Assembly (NCBI GenBank): GCA_002269645.1
Contig: NIVC01000911.1
Coordinates: 1 to 64,000 of the forward strand
Source of the DNA: Macrostomum lignano
Taxonomy: Eukaryota
Direction: 5' to 3'
Length of the DNA stretch: 64,000 bases
A program made the position numbers and the translations under genes. The notes beneath the pieces were generated by a model. It was not told where the DNA came from and searched no databases. It worked only from the letters and a program-made list of their open reading frames with translations. This document shows, in pieces, positions 23,525-35,000 of this stretch (position 1 is the first letter of the stretch; every line of letters begins with the position of its first letter).

Positions 23525-24800
23525 TTACGTTTGACATGATGGCTCTTTTATGTTTGACATGGGGGCTCTTTTATGTTCTACATGGTAACTCTTTTATGTT
23601 TGATACGATGGCTTTTCAATGTCTGACATGGTGGCTCTTCTATTTTTAACATGGTGGCTCTTCCATGTTTGATAAAGTGGCTTCTTAATGTTTGACATGG
23701 TGACTCTTTTATGTTTGACATGGTGGCTTTTTAATATTTGACATGGTGGCTCTTTAATATTTGACATGGTGGCTCTTTAATGTTTGACATAAAGTCACTT
23801 ATATGTTTGACATAAAGTCACTTATATGTTTGACATGGTGGCTCTTTTAGGTTTGACATGATGGCTCTTTTATGTTTGACATGGTGGCTCTTTGATGTTC
23901 GATATGGTGGCTCTTATGGTGGCTCTTTATTGTTTGACATGGTGGCTCTTTAATTTTTAACATGGTGGCTCTTTTATGTTTGACATGGTGGCTCTTTAAT
24001 GTTTGACATGCTGGCTCTTTAATGTTTGACATGGTGGCTCTTCTATGTTTGACATGGTGGCTCTTTATTGTTTGACATGGTGGCTCTTTAATTTTTAACA
24101 TGGTGGCTCTTTTATGTTTGACATGGTGGATATTTAATGTTCGACAAAGTAGCTCTTTAATGTTTGACATGGTGGCTCTTTAATGTTTGACATGGTATAT
24201 CTTTTTTTGTTGGACATGGTGGCTCTTTTATGTTCGACATGGTGGCTCTTTTAGGTTTGACATGGTTAGCTCTATAATGTTTCACATGGTGGCTCTTTAA
24301 TGTTTTACATAGTGGCTCTTTAATGTTCGACATGGTGGCTCTTTAATGTTCTAAATGGTGGCTCTTTAATGTTTGACATAAAGTCACTTATATGTTTGAC
24401 ATAAAGTCACTTATATGTTTGACATGGTGGCTCTTTTAGGTTTGACATGGTGGCTCTTTTATGTTTGACATGGTGGCTCTTTAATGTTCGATATGGTGGC
24501 TCTTATGGTGGCTCTTTATTGTTTGACATGGTGGCTCTTTAATGTTCGACATGGTGGCTCTTTATTGTTCGAAATGGTGGCTCTTTTATGTTCGACATGG
24601 TGGCTCTTTAATGTTCGAAATGGTGGCTCTTTTATGTTAGACATGGTGGTTCTTTAATGTTTGACATGGTGGCTCTTTAATGTTAAATGTTAAATGGTTT
24701 GACAGGTGGCTCTTTAATGTTTGACATGGTGGCTCTTTTAATGTTCGATATGGTGGCTCTTTAATGTTCGACATGGTTGCTCTTATATGTTTGACATTGT
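23525..24800. repeat. AT-rich minisatellite, about 23-24 bp unit TGTTTGACATGGTGGCTCTTT(T)A
   Basis: About 50 degenerate tandem units. A variant block (gacataaagtcacttatat x2) recurs at about 23785 and 24375, indicating a higher-order duplication. Confidence 0.95.
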
Positions 24801-24866
24801 CACATTGCGCTTCTTTTATGTTTAGCAGTTTTGTGTGTTTTTAGTGTTTAAATAAAAAAAAATTTT

Positions 24867-24933
24867 GCACTACTAAGATTCGAACCCAGGTCGCTACATT
24901 AGCAGTCCAGTCTGTTCGCATCTAGGCTATCTC
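24867..24933 (-). other. tRNA-derived pol III promoter-like sequence (pseudo-tRNA or SINE head)
   Basis: The minus strand reads GAGATAGCCTAGATG...ACTGCTAAT...GGGTTCGAATC, with A-box, anticodon-loop-like and B-box motifs but no convincing acceptor stem. Confidence 0.5.
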
Positions 24934-25294
24934 TTTTCAATTGGAAAACATGAATTGCGGCCCTTATAATTCAATACTTACAGCAAGTCGGTTAGAGTAA
25001 AAAGTTATGACATAATCTCAATTTAAGTTAGCAATATGGTTACGCAATTTAAATCAAGTCTTGTGTGCATTTCTTCGGCACTTTTTTTAACTTGTTGTGA
25101 TGCAATCTTTATCACAATCGGAATTCAGCCAGTCAGTTTTTTCTCTAGTAGCATTCTTAAAATGCATTTCAAGTCGAAAATTTTGCTTGACTTTTGCAAA
25201 AAAAGCATGTTTTTCGAATATTTAATCCATTTAACATTGAGCAATTTCTTAGCCAAAATGCATGTACCGTCCCATGAAAATTTTTGATCGAATG

Positions 25295-25392
25295 GTGCAA
25301 GTTTGAAGAAAATCGGTTGAGCCATTTTTTCTGAAATCTATAGCATACCTACCTACCTACCCACATACAGACAACTCATTTTTAGTATATAG
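25295..25392 (+). mobile_element. Short interspersed repeat end resembling non-autonomous rolling-circle (Helitron/Helentron-type) elements; second copy at 55470-55556
   Basis: The two loci share AAGTTTGAAG.AAATCGGTTGAGCC.TTTT...microsatellite...ACAGACAA..CATTTTTAGTATAT. The family assignment is from recalled resemblance only. Confidence 0.45.
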
Positions 25393-25849
25393 GAAGGACA
25401 AGCATACAAACAAACCTTAGAGATTTAGTACATTAGGAAGGATAGGACAAGACCAATTTAACATAAAAATCGATTAATGCGTCGTTAGAGCAGCATGTGA
25501 GGCACAAAATAGTGTGATTAGAACTTTCTCTGACACTGTTAAGAGACTCAATCACTGTTTTAGTGTTGAAAATCGTGAAATTTTCTATCTCCGTAGTGTA
25601 TTTTCCGGTGAAATCTGCCTTTAAAACTATTTCTGAACAAAAAGTTTTATGAATATCGATAGAGCAATAAGAAAGGCACAACATATCAAAAGATGAACAC
25701 TGGATCTGCCTCCTATCAATAGCAATAACAATTTTTGAGCTGAAAAAATTAAAACTTCCTATCTCTGTAGTGTATTTTATGGCGAAAAGTTGCCTGCAAA
25801 ACATTTACCATCGATTTCGAGTGTAGTGTCCTTCTACTTAAGTTGTCCT

Positions 25850-26626
25850 TGCTGCAAAGATGCGGAAGAATTGCAAGAACTGACAACGAAGCTGAACAGA
25901 ATCTCAAGAAAGTTTGGCATGGAAGTCAGCAAAGAAAAGAGCAAGACAATGGAGGCAGGGAATGGTGAAGAAAAAGTCAGGCTACGGATTGTGATTGATG
26001 GAGAGGAACTGAAACAGGTGAAGAAGTTTCAATATCTAGGGGGCAACCATCATGGAGAATGGGACTTCGCAGGAAGAGATCAGAATCCGAATTGGCACCG
26101 CAACCAGCTCAATGCTAAGGCTTGAGGAAATTCAGTGGCTCAAATGAGTCAATTTGAAGAATCGCCTCAACATCACAAAGGCGGTCGCATAGGCGATACT
26201 GCTCAATGGGGGAAGAATAGTATGGAGGCACTTAAAGCGTTTGAAATGAAATGTTACAGAAGAATGGAGAGGAAGAATTTCATGGAAATAGAAAAAGACA
26301 AATGCCTGGGTTTGGGGTAAAGTTAAAGAAGTATTGGGAATGGAACGAGAATCTGTGGAGGAGATCATCAAGCAGAGAAAGATGGAATATTACAGACAGC
26401 AGACGAGGAAGGGAGCCATGGCAACTGTCCGTATTCAAGAAGAAATAGAAGGCGAAAGAAGAAGAGGAAGACCAAAAAGGCAGTGAGAAGATGACGTGAA
26501 GGAATGGAATGGACGGACAATGGAGAGGCTAAGAAGCGCAGCGAATGAAAGGCAATGGTGGTGGAAACTTGTGCACGACTGGGTGCGCCCTCGGCCATGA
26601 CCTCTACGGTAAAGAAGAAGAAGAAG
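25850..26626 (+). mobile_element. 5'-truncated, degenerate RTE-clade non-LTR retrotransposon (end of RT and 3' region)
   Basis: DAEELQELTTKLNRISRKFGMEVSKEKSKTM...ELKQVKKFQYLG, then EIRIRIG, AFEMKCYRR and EGERRRGRPKRQ.EDDVKEW, ending in a (GAA)n tail at 26613-26626. Confidence 0.88.
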
Positions 26627-27125
26627 GTTAATAGACTCTTTAATGGAATATTAAAGCTTCGTTTAGGCTAGTTAAAATCCACTAGCTATACTAAAATTAT
26701 TTCTATAGATCATCTGATCTACCGTAGAGCCCACGAATAGCTCGTATTCCTCAGTCTACCGCGACAAGTCAGGGAAAAATAACACCTCAAAATGTTATTT
26801 ACATAATAAATGTTATTAAGTACAATTCACATGTAGCCTGATTAAATTTCAGGTTTAATCCTTTGTTCTTCATTGTGAAACAGGTGTAGCTACAGTTTAT
26901 TCTTGGAATCGAAAGCATCAGGGAATAAAGAAACTACAACAAGAAGTGGGGGAAATATTTGAACCTTACACAAACGCATACCATGTAAGTAAGTAATTAA
27001 TCACTTTATTAGTGACTCAATAGACTTACGGTAGACTTAATAATGTAATTAACAAGTTTTGTATTGAAATTATCAATAAAAAACACAGTCATTAAAATTA
27101 ATCTTCCATTTATCCGCAGTTCAAT

Positions 27126-28451
27126 TCAACCATCGCAAGTTCTAACTCGCAGCGTTCTAAGTCTTTCGGACGTATCCTGTTCACTATCTAGAGAGTTGCC
27201 GCGGAGACTGTTTATGAGAAATTCTCGTAACTTGAATTTGTGACCACGAAACTGATCCTGCCTCAAGTTCAACAAGGCATGCCGGAGCTCGTAGACAATC
27301 CGGCCTGAGACGAGATAGATTTCAACTTTATTAATATCAACATTACTAACCATTTCAAGATATATCGCGCTGAGCACCTTCTCAATTTCTTGATTGGCTC
27401 TGCAATCCATAGCCTGCAGCTCCTGCAAGAAATCCTGTTCCCTACTGATGCAAATTTTTCGTACAGGCTCGTGCAGACAAACTTGGCAGCAGCAGTCGTG
27501 AATGAAAACATTGGCCTCGTCATCCTCATGCACGAATTTTGTTTCGCAATCGAGAGAGCGCCGAAAAGTCGCACTGCAGGCAAAGCAGCTGCCCAGGCTG
27601 AAACCAGTCCTGCCGATAGTCTTCACTGAGAAATATTTCGGTATTCCCTGTCCATCTTCTATAGAAAAGTCAAAAGTAGTAGTCTGGCACCTGTACCAGT
27701 GCTGCTCACTCGAGTAGTTCTCAAAGCGGCAGACGCGAAGCAGCGAGAGGTATTCGCCAAGCAGAGAGCACACGCAATTAACATTGTTCTTGCTACTGTG
27801 CCGAAATATCTCCAGGAGGCACGGGATCTCCCAAGCTTCGTTGTCATCATTACTGAGGATACGAAACGAAGTGCCAGCCTCGGTAACTATCAAATACAGC
27901 AAAGCTGCACTGAAACCGTGACAGTAGCTATTTGGAACTTCTATGAAAACCGAGTCCAGTAGTCTCCAGAGGTACTGCGAAAGGAAGGATTCGCGGCCGA
28001 GCGGACCGCTCAATAGGCTAGTCGTCGGTTGCATCCGTCGTACCAGAGGTCTTCCAAAATGGCCCCAAAAGGCTCCAAATGGAACTTCCATGAAAACCGA
28101 GTCCAGTAGTTTCCAGAGGTACTGAAAAAAGAAGGACTCGCGGCCGAGCGGACCGCTCAATAGGCTATTTACAGATTGCATCCGTCGTATTAGAGGTCTT
28201 CCGAAATGGCTCTTACTTGCTACAGTCTGTCTCATGCAGGTCACGGAGGTGAATATTGCGCACAAACGATTGTAGTAGCCAGACCATGTTGGCGATTCGT
28301 TATTGCTAGATGTGAGAACAACCATGAGCGCGATGAGCTCTTTAAATCCTGGTCGATTTCGCACTTGTTCCAGTTTTTCTAATCGCTCAAGCTCGTCCAT
28401 GAAGTTTTCGTTGAATTTTTCCAGTATTTTAGGAGTAGTAGGAGAGTCCAT
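27126..28451 (-). CDS. Intronless orphan ORF, 441 aa, with an internal 49-aa tandem duplication
   Basis: Long open frame with normal composition. The repeat HFGRPL.RRMQ...LLSGPLGRESF..QYLW.LLDSVF.EVP occurs twice, 147 bp apart. No family recognised. Confidence 0.6.
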   Translation of the reverse strand: MDSPTTPKILEKFNENFMDELERLEKLEQVRNRPGFKELIALMVVLTSSNNESPTWSGYYNRLCAIFTSVTCMRQTVASKSHFGRPLIRRMQSVNSLLSGPLGRESFFFQYLWKLLDSVFMEVPFGAFWGHFGRPLVRRMQPTTSLLSGPLGRESFLSQYLWRLLDSVFIEVPNSYCHGFSAALLYLIVTEAGTSFRILSNDDNEAWEIPCLLEIFRHSSKNNVNCVCSLLGEYLSLLRVCRFENYSSEQHWYRCQTTTFDFSIEDGQGIPKYFSVKTIGRTGFSLGSCFACSATFRRSLDCETKFVHEDDEANVFIHDCCCQVCLHEPVRKICISREQDFLQELQAMDCRANQEIEKVLSAIYLEMVSNVDINKVEIYLVSGRIVYELRHALLNLRQDQFRGHKFKLREFLINSLRGNSLDSEQDTSERLRTLRVRTCDG

Positions 28452-29076
28452 TTATGAATAGTGCCGTATGATTTGAAGTTTGATGTAAAAAGTATGTACG
28501 GATACGTAGGTTAACTTAATTAGGAGAAGATTCTAGCTTACTTAAAAATATTAAACTAGATATTTTGGCTCATACAGTATTGGTGTTATGTATACATAAC
28601 GTTTTATCTTCGTACCTTGTAATAATGTACGTAATAGACTGTATTTAGTAAGTACAATAAATTCAAAATACAGTAAATTTTCACTTGAATTCTACTCTAG
28701 AACTCTATTCTAGATAATGTATAGAGTACGTCTAACCTTGGGGGCAGAGCGGTTGCAGTGCATGATTCAGTTCTGTACATGTACACTATGAAGCAGAGCA
28801 AGTATGGCTGCATTTAGCATTTGGTATGAGGGGGGTGTAGAAACGCTTTAAAAAGCGTCGCTCGTGTACAATAGTTTATTTGGTTTCAGTGCCACACCAA
28901 TTTTTTGTCTTCAAAACGAAAAATTTGCAGCTGTGCATAGTTACTTTTAATAGCATTTTTATTTATACTCGTGATCCAGTTTTCTTGAAACCAGTTTTGT
29001 AGCTGGCATTTTAAATATTTCTCAGTATAAAAACACACTTGTCGTTGAAAAAGAACCTAAATAAAAACAGAAGAAA

Positions 29077-32000
29077 ATGTTCCTTCAATCGTTCTACGAC
29101 AAAGCAAGTCGAGAACTGCTTTCAGCGTGCAAACTGACAGAAAAGAAAAATCTGCAATCGCAGGAGCGGCAAAGTGAGCCGGAATGCGAAAATTCACCAC
29201 CTGTTTTGCAATTTTACTGTGAAAGTACTGGTGCTGTCAATGATGATGGTGTTTGTGAACTGTTGTTCAGAAGTGAGCAACTTACATGTAACGGCAGACC
29301 AAGTCTATCCTCCAGGAAAAGCGAATCTGTGTCCTGGTCTCATCCTCATCTGCCAATAGCCGTAGAAAGTTCTGGAAACTGTGAGTTCAGCTCCTCTCCT
29401 GAGATAAAACAACTCCGCTCTTTGCTGCTGTACGATCTTTGTCGATTCTTAACCATTGGCAATATGGAGCTGACAGTTCAGCTAGACTGCCAACTAGCTG
29501 ACAAGTTGATCAATCCTTCGTCATCTTCCGTTGCTACCGACGACGACCGTCAGGTCCTAAACTCACTTCTAGCTAGCGCTTTTGTGACCGTTCATTTGGT
29601 CAGAGTAATCAAAAGCTGTAGAAACTTGACTGTCAGTTTTAAGCAGGGTGAAGCTGCTAAAATCTCCGTGATTGAAGGAGAAGGCGATGTAATCCTTTCT
29701 GGGCCGCTGCACATCTTTCATTACCGTTTGAACGACGCTGAGCTTGCCGCTGAGTTGGAAGCGAGCGTAAAACTCTATGCGGAAACTTCGAAGCCCGTCA
29801 GTTTTCTATGCGTTCTATTCAACGAATTTGATGTAAACGAACGCTATTTGGCTGAGAAAATGAGGCAGGATTCGATGAGCCGACTGCCAAATTTCGGCAC
29901 GGCTCGTGTTAAGCTTGATTCAACTCCTGGTATGCTGAAAATTGACATCAGTACCTTCGATCATGGACACGAGAATCAATTTCTGCACTTAACTAGCTTC
30001 TCAGCAGAAGAAGCTCTACAAGAGTTTGGGGATGACAGATTTCTACATATAGTAGTGCCGGTTTGCCAGAAACTGGCTGCACAGATGGAATTTATTTGCG
30101 AATGCTTCTTTGTTCCATGCCGTACGACTCTGGAGCTGATGCAAGCATCAGAAACAGATAATGTGTAAGTTTACTAGTTACTCATTTACACAAATGTTTC
30201 TATTGCTGTCACAGTGTGTGCCTATTTTGCTCGAATAATTTGACTCTAACCATTCAGAGTACAAGCTGTCGCGAGTTCAGAAGAACATGTCGAGTCTACT
30301 TCATTGAACGAACTGCAAACTATGCAGGTAATTACGGGTATATAATCTGTGAAAAGATTTTAAGGCTTTATAGAAAAAGCAAATAAGCATAGTCACTCAC
30401 GGAGGTAGCCTTGATAAGTGACTCGAACATGCGCTAATCCACTAAACTATGGCGACCATTTTTAGATTCCCCGTACTGCACTTGCCTCTCTGGAATTTTA
30501 TGCATATCTTTATAAACACTTAATGCATTTTTTCTTTCTTTGATATATGCTTCAGTGTTCGATGGATTTGCAAATAGCCGCGGCCGAAGGTGACCTTTCT
30601 GCAGTCACCAGGATTGCAGACTCTATCAATCCAGCCTTCCTAAATAACTGTCAAATGGTGTTTCCTAATCGCACCGCCCTTCACTGCGCGGCAGCAGCAT
30701 CCATCGCGGATTTTTCTGCTGGCACTGGGACACATCTGGACTGCGCAGAGATCTTAATCAGCCACCAAGCCGATCTTTCCCTAAAGGACAGTCGAGATCA
30801 AACAGCGTTACACTGCGCCGTACTCTCAAACAATGGCCAACTCGCGACTTTGCTACTAAAACAATCGACTGTGGAAATCGACTGTCAAGATGAAAATGGT
30901 AAAACAGCATTGCTAATTGCTGTTGAGAACGAAATGGCAGACGTGGTGAAATTCCTGCTAGAAAACGGGGCAGATTGGTCTCAGGCAGATCTAAAGCAAG
31001 CCACGCCTCTAAGCGTAGCTTTAGAGCGTGGCAACCCAGACGTTGTCCGGGCTGTACTCGAGTACGACTCAGAACTCATTCACGATGGCAACTGGGATCG
31101 CTACGCCAGTTGCTACCAAACTGCTCGAGATGCCAGTCATCGGGATGTGTGCGTATTGCTTATTGAGTAAGTTAATTGAGTATTTTTATTTTTTTATTAG
31201 AGGCAGGGGGGTTGTGTGCACCCTGTCGCACTTTAAGCGACATCAACACACAACCGGCGAGAGGCATTACTGCCCATTCCGTCGACTCCCCTGAACAGGC
31301 ATACAAGCGCGCGGATACTTACGCAGGCACACACTCACACAGGAGTGTAAAGCGGCCCTAACTTTATTTTATCGTTAGGCATGTACACTTCACTGCGCCT
31401 TGGGGGGTTGGCTCTCAAGGCCGTTAATTGCACGAGCAGAGCCAAGCCGAGATTCCAATTCAGCCCCAAATTAATGTGACTGCACTTGGAATCGAGCCTG
31501 GGCCGCTGGCACACCAGAGCAGCTGCGCTACCGCTGGGCTACGGCCCCCCTTAAGAGCGTGGCAACCCAGACGTTGTCCGGACTGTACTCGAGTACGACT
31601 CAGAAATCATTCACGATGGCAACTAGGATCGCTACGCCAGTTGCTACCAAACTGCTCGAGATGCCAGTCATCGGGATGTGTGCGTATTGCTCACTGAGTA
31701 AGTTAATTGAGTTTGTTAAAAGTATAGCCATCGGCTTGTGGAGCCATTCACACCCATTAGGTCCAACCCCCAAGGCGCAGAGAGTGTACATGTCTGAAGT
31801 CGAGAAAATCAGGAGCGCTGTACACCCTGTACGACATGTGTACGTGTGTATAAGTGCGTACAGTATCGGTGCGCTTGCATGTGCTCAGGAGTGAGCGGAA
31901 TGAGCAGAATTGCCGTTACCGCTGGTTGTACCGGATGATTTCACCGAAGGCTTTGCGGCAGGGTACTCATAACCATTCTATTAATATATAGAATAGTTTA

Positions 32001-35000
32001 TATGCTAACATACTTAACATGTTAGTATAAAACGCTCAGAGTAGACGCACACTGAATTACTAATTTATAGCTAATATACCAATATTGATGGGCTGCAGAG
32101 GGCAGAAATGAGCTATAACGCCGAGGCGCGTAGCACCGAGGAGTGTTAGCTCGTTTCTGCCCGATGCGGCCCATCCATATTAGTGTTATAGTTAGCGGGC
32201 GTGAAACCGCGTTTCACGGGCCGCTGAGACTGTCTATGGTAAAATCCCATTTACTCCAGTGCATTCAATCGGTTTCACGACCCGCTGAAAATGTCTATGG
32301 CAAAGTCAGAAGAAAGCGGGGTCAAGGGGGCGCTGAGCCCCCTTGCGGGGGTGTGGGGGCAGAGCCCCCAAATTAGCACACCAGCACACAAGACAAAGAA
32401 AGAAATAATAAAATCCAAAAAATTGTCTACGTCCAAAACTCCTTATTTTGCGAATTGAAAAAAGTAACTGATACTAAGAATTATTAAGCGGCACTAAGCT
32501 TTACTTTTAAAATATACAAGTTGTAGAAACGTATCGGTCTAACTTTGTGTTTCTGCATACCAAATCCAAGTCCAGACTAGCTTTTCAAGACCGGACTACC
32601 CTAGACAGAGCTTTCTGCATACGGCCCAGCCTATACGGCACAGCCTCATTGGGCCGTATGCAGAAAGCTCTGTCTAGGGTAGTCCGGTCTTGAGGAGCTA
32701 GTCTGGACTTGGATTTGGTATGCAGAAACACAAAGTTAGACCAGTCTACTATAGCAGAACTAGGCTAGCTAGACCTATACTGAACTATACCCAAGTCCGG
32801 ACTACGAGTTTTTTTACTTATTGAAGTTGGCCATAGATTATTGCAGCGGGCGGGATGCTGTGCGTTTCACCCCGTTTCAACACGCCTAGGCTAACTATAA
32901 CAGACGCTAGATAACCTCGTGTGTCCATGTCCCCAGAGAGCTGAGTAACCCAGCTATTGCGCGTCCAGAACTTTTTTAAAGTCCCGGATTAGATTCCGCG
33001 TGTATTGTCATAATACTAGTATAGCTTTTGTCATTCCAAATGAGAATATCACACACTCCAAACGAGAACACATAGACATTCCCCCATAGCTTGCGCTATC
33101 CGTGGCCCTAACGTTTGCTTCAAGACCATAGACACTGGACAATCAAAATGAGAATTTCTCTTACGATTTCCTCCCCCTTCGCTCGCTGGTTTGTTCGTTG
33201 CTTCGTTCGTTTGTTTACGTCGCTATTTTTTTCTTTTTGCGTGTACCTTCGCTCAGACAACGTCTGATCCCAGCTATTGACCAGGGTTCGTCACTAAAGG
33301 AAGCAGCCAAAATATTGCAAGTGCCTGTGTCCATTGCATACCGAATTGTGAAAGACTATCAACAGGAAGGAAGACTTGAAGCGCTTCCACGTGGAGGAAG
33401 GAAAGAAAGAAACCTCAAAATTGACGACGATATAAAAGTTTTTCTGCAAGAGAAGCTCGAGCCCAACCCGTTCTGTACCCTAAATGAACTGCGTCGCCAT
33501 CTTCGAAACGAGTTTCCACACGGTCCGGTCAAATTATTGTTACGGTCCAATAAAACGGAATGCAATTTTCCATAAAAATGTATCCTTTGCTATATTTGAT
33601 TCTGGACAGCATCTACTTTCTCAATTTGATTGTCCTTTTCTCGTTTTGAATGTCCATTTGTCTATGGTCAAACAGAAAAACTGTGCGCCTTGCCTCAATC
33701 GGAAGGCATAAAGCTCTATGGCAGTCTCGTCTTGAGTGGGGACAATTCTCATTTAGAGTGAAAAAATGATAGTTTTGAAAATAACAGGGCTTAGACGTGG
33801 GATTCAAGTCCATGTGAGTCAACCCCAAGGCAGGGAGTGTGTAAATTAAGTAAAAGAATTTTACGTATCTGGCATTTTCGTTTAAATTTGTGTCATCCTA
33901 AAAATGTTAATCCCCTTCATCAAATGTTTGAGGCGATAATGTACGAATGAAATTTGCAAAGCTGCATGCACTAAAGAACTCCTGACCAGATCGATAGAGC
34001 ACAGCATTAAAAAACTAACACACTATTATTTTTTCAGACTGAAATTCGGCTTAACTGAGGAAAACATTCACGTAAGCAATCTGAAATACGTTAAATTAAA
34101 TTTCGAACTTGTTTAGCACACGTCTATCCCGGCCCTATAAATAAAGGAATCCGTTAAGCTATCCAACCTAGTTTGCCTGGGCAAGTCCACCGAACTGATG
34201 GAAGCTTTATCAGCCGGATCTGCCGAGGCCAACCTTCGAATGAGTGCGAAGCTCGAATACCGCGATTGGCGCTTGAGAACCCCGCTTATGTGGGCAGCAC
34301 TCGGCTGCTGGAAGCCAACTACCAAGCACGTCGAATGCGCTAAATTACTGCTAGAAGCCGGCGCCAACCCCAATGCGGCTGATATGGACGGCAACACGGC
34401 CTTGCATCTGGCGGCGGCTGCCAGCAACGCAGATGTGATTCGCCTTCTGCTGGATGCCGGAGCTTCCGTCCGACGCTACAATCGTCAAGGCCAGACACCC
34501 TCTATGGTGGCGGAGAAAATTGAGACAGACAACAAAGAGATTTTGTTAATGCTGCGCGAAGCTGAACTGCTGGAACTGCGGAACACCTGGCTTCAGCGCA
34601 GGGAGAAGGATCCAGCTAGTAGCAGTTCCATCGAAGCGGAGACCGAGCACACAAAACGAATGATTGAGCTCGTTAGAAAAGTTCAACTCGATCAGGATCG
34701 CTTGGATGAGAAATCATATGAGGACAGTGCATCTCTGACCGATGAGTCTCCAATAGTTGAAACGAAACTAGAAAACAACGATTTCTCGTTGCTAAATTTG
34801 AATGACTTTGAACTGGAAGCTGACTGGGATAAGATTTCACCCAAAGTTGAGGATTTAACCGCCGATGACCACTACAAAAGTTATCAGGAAGTGGTGAGGA
34901 AGGATGTCTTTAAATTTTTTTTTTGATCTCTTAGACTCCATGAAATCTTGTATTTTCCAGACTCGCCTGAGGTACACTGAGAATCTGGAGGATTACCTGC

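Noticed and set aside
24867-24933. Possible tRNA-Ser(GCT) gene that could prime the nearby Gypsy
   Set aside because: No proper acceptor stem or long variable arm, and its 3' end does not match the PBS; treated as a tRNA-derived relic.
34916-34926. Poly-T frameshift at the end of ORF 34198-34926
   Set aside because: It lies within an inferred intron (donor GTG|GTGAGG at about 34893, acceptor ttccag| at 34960).
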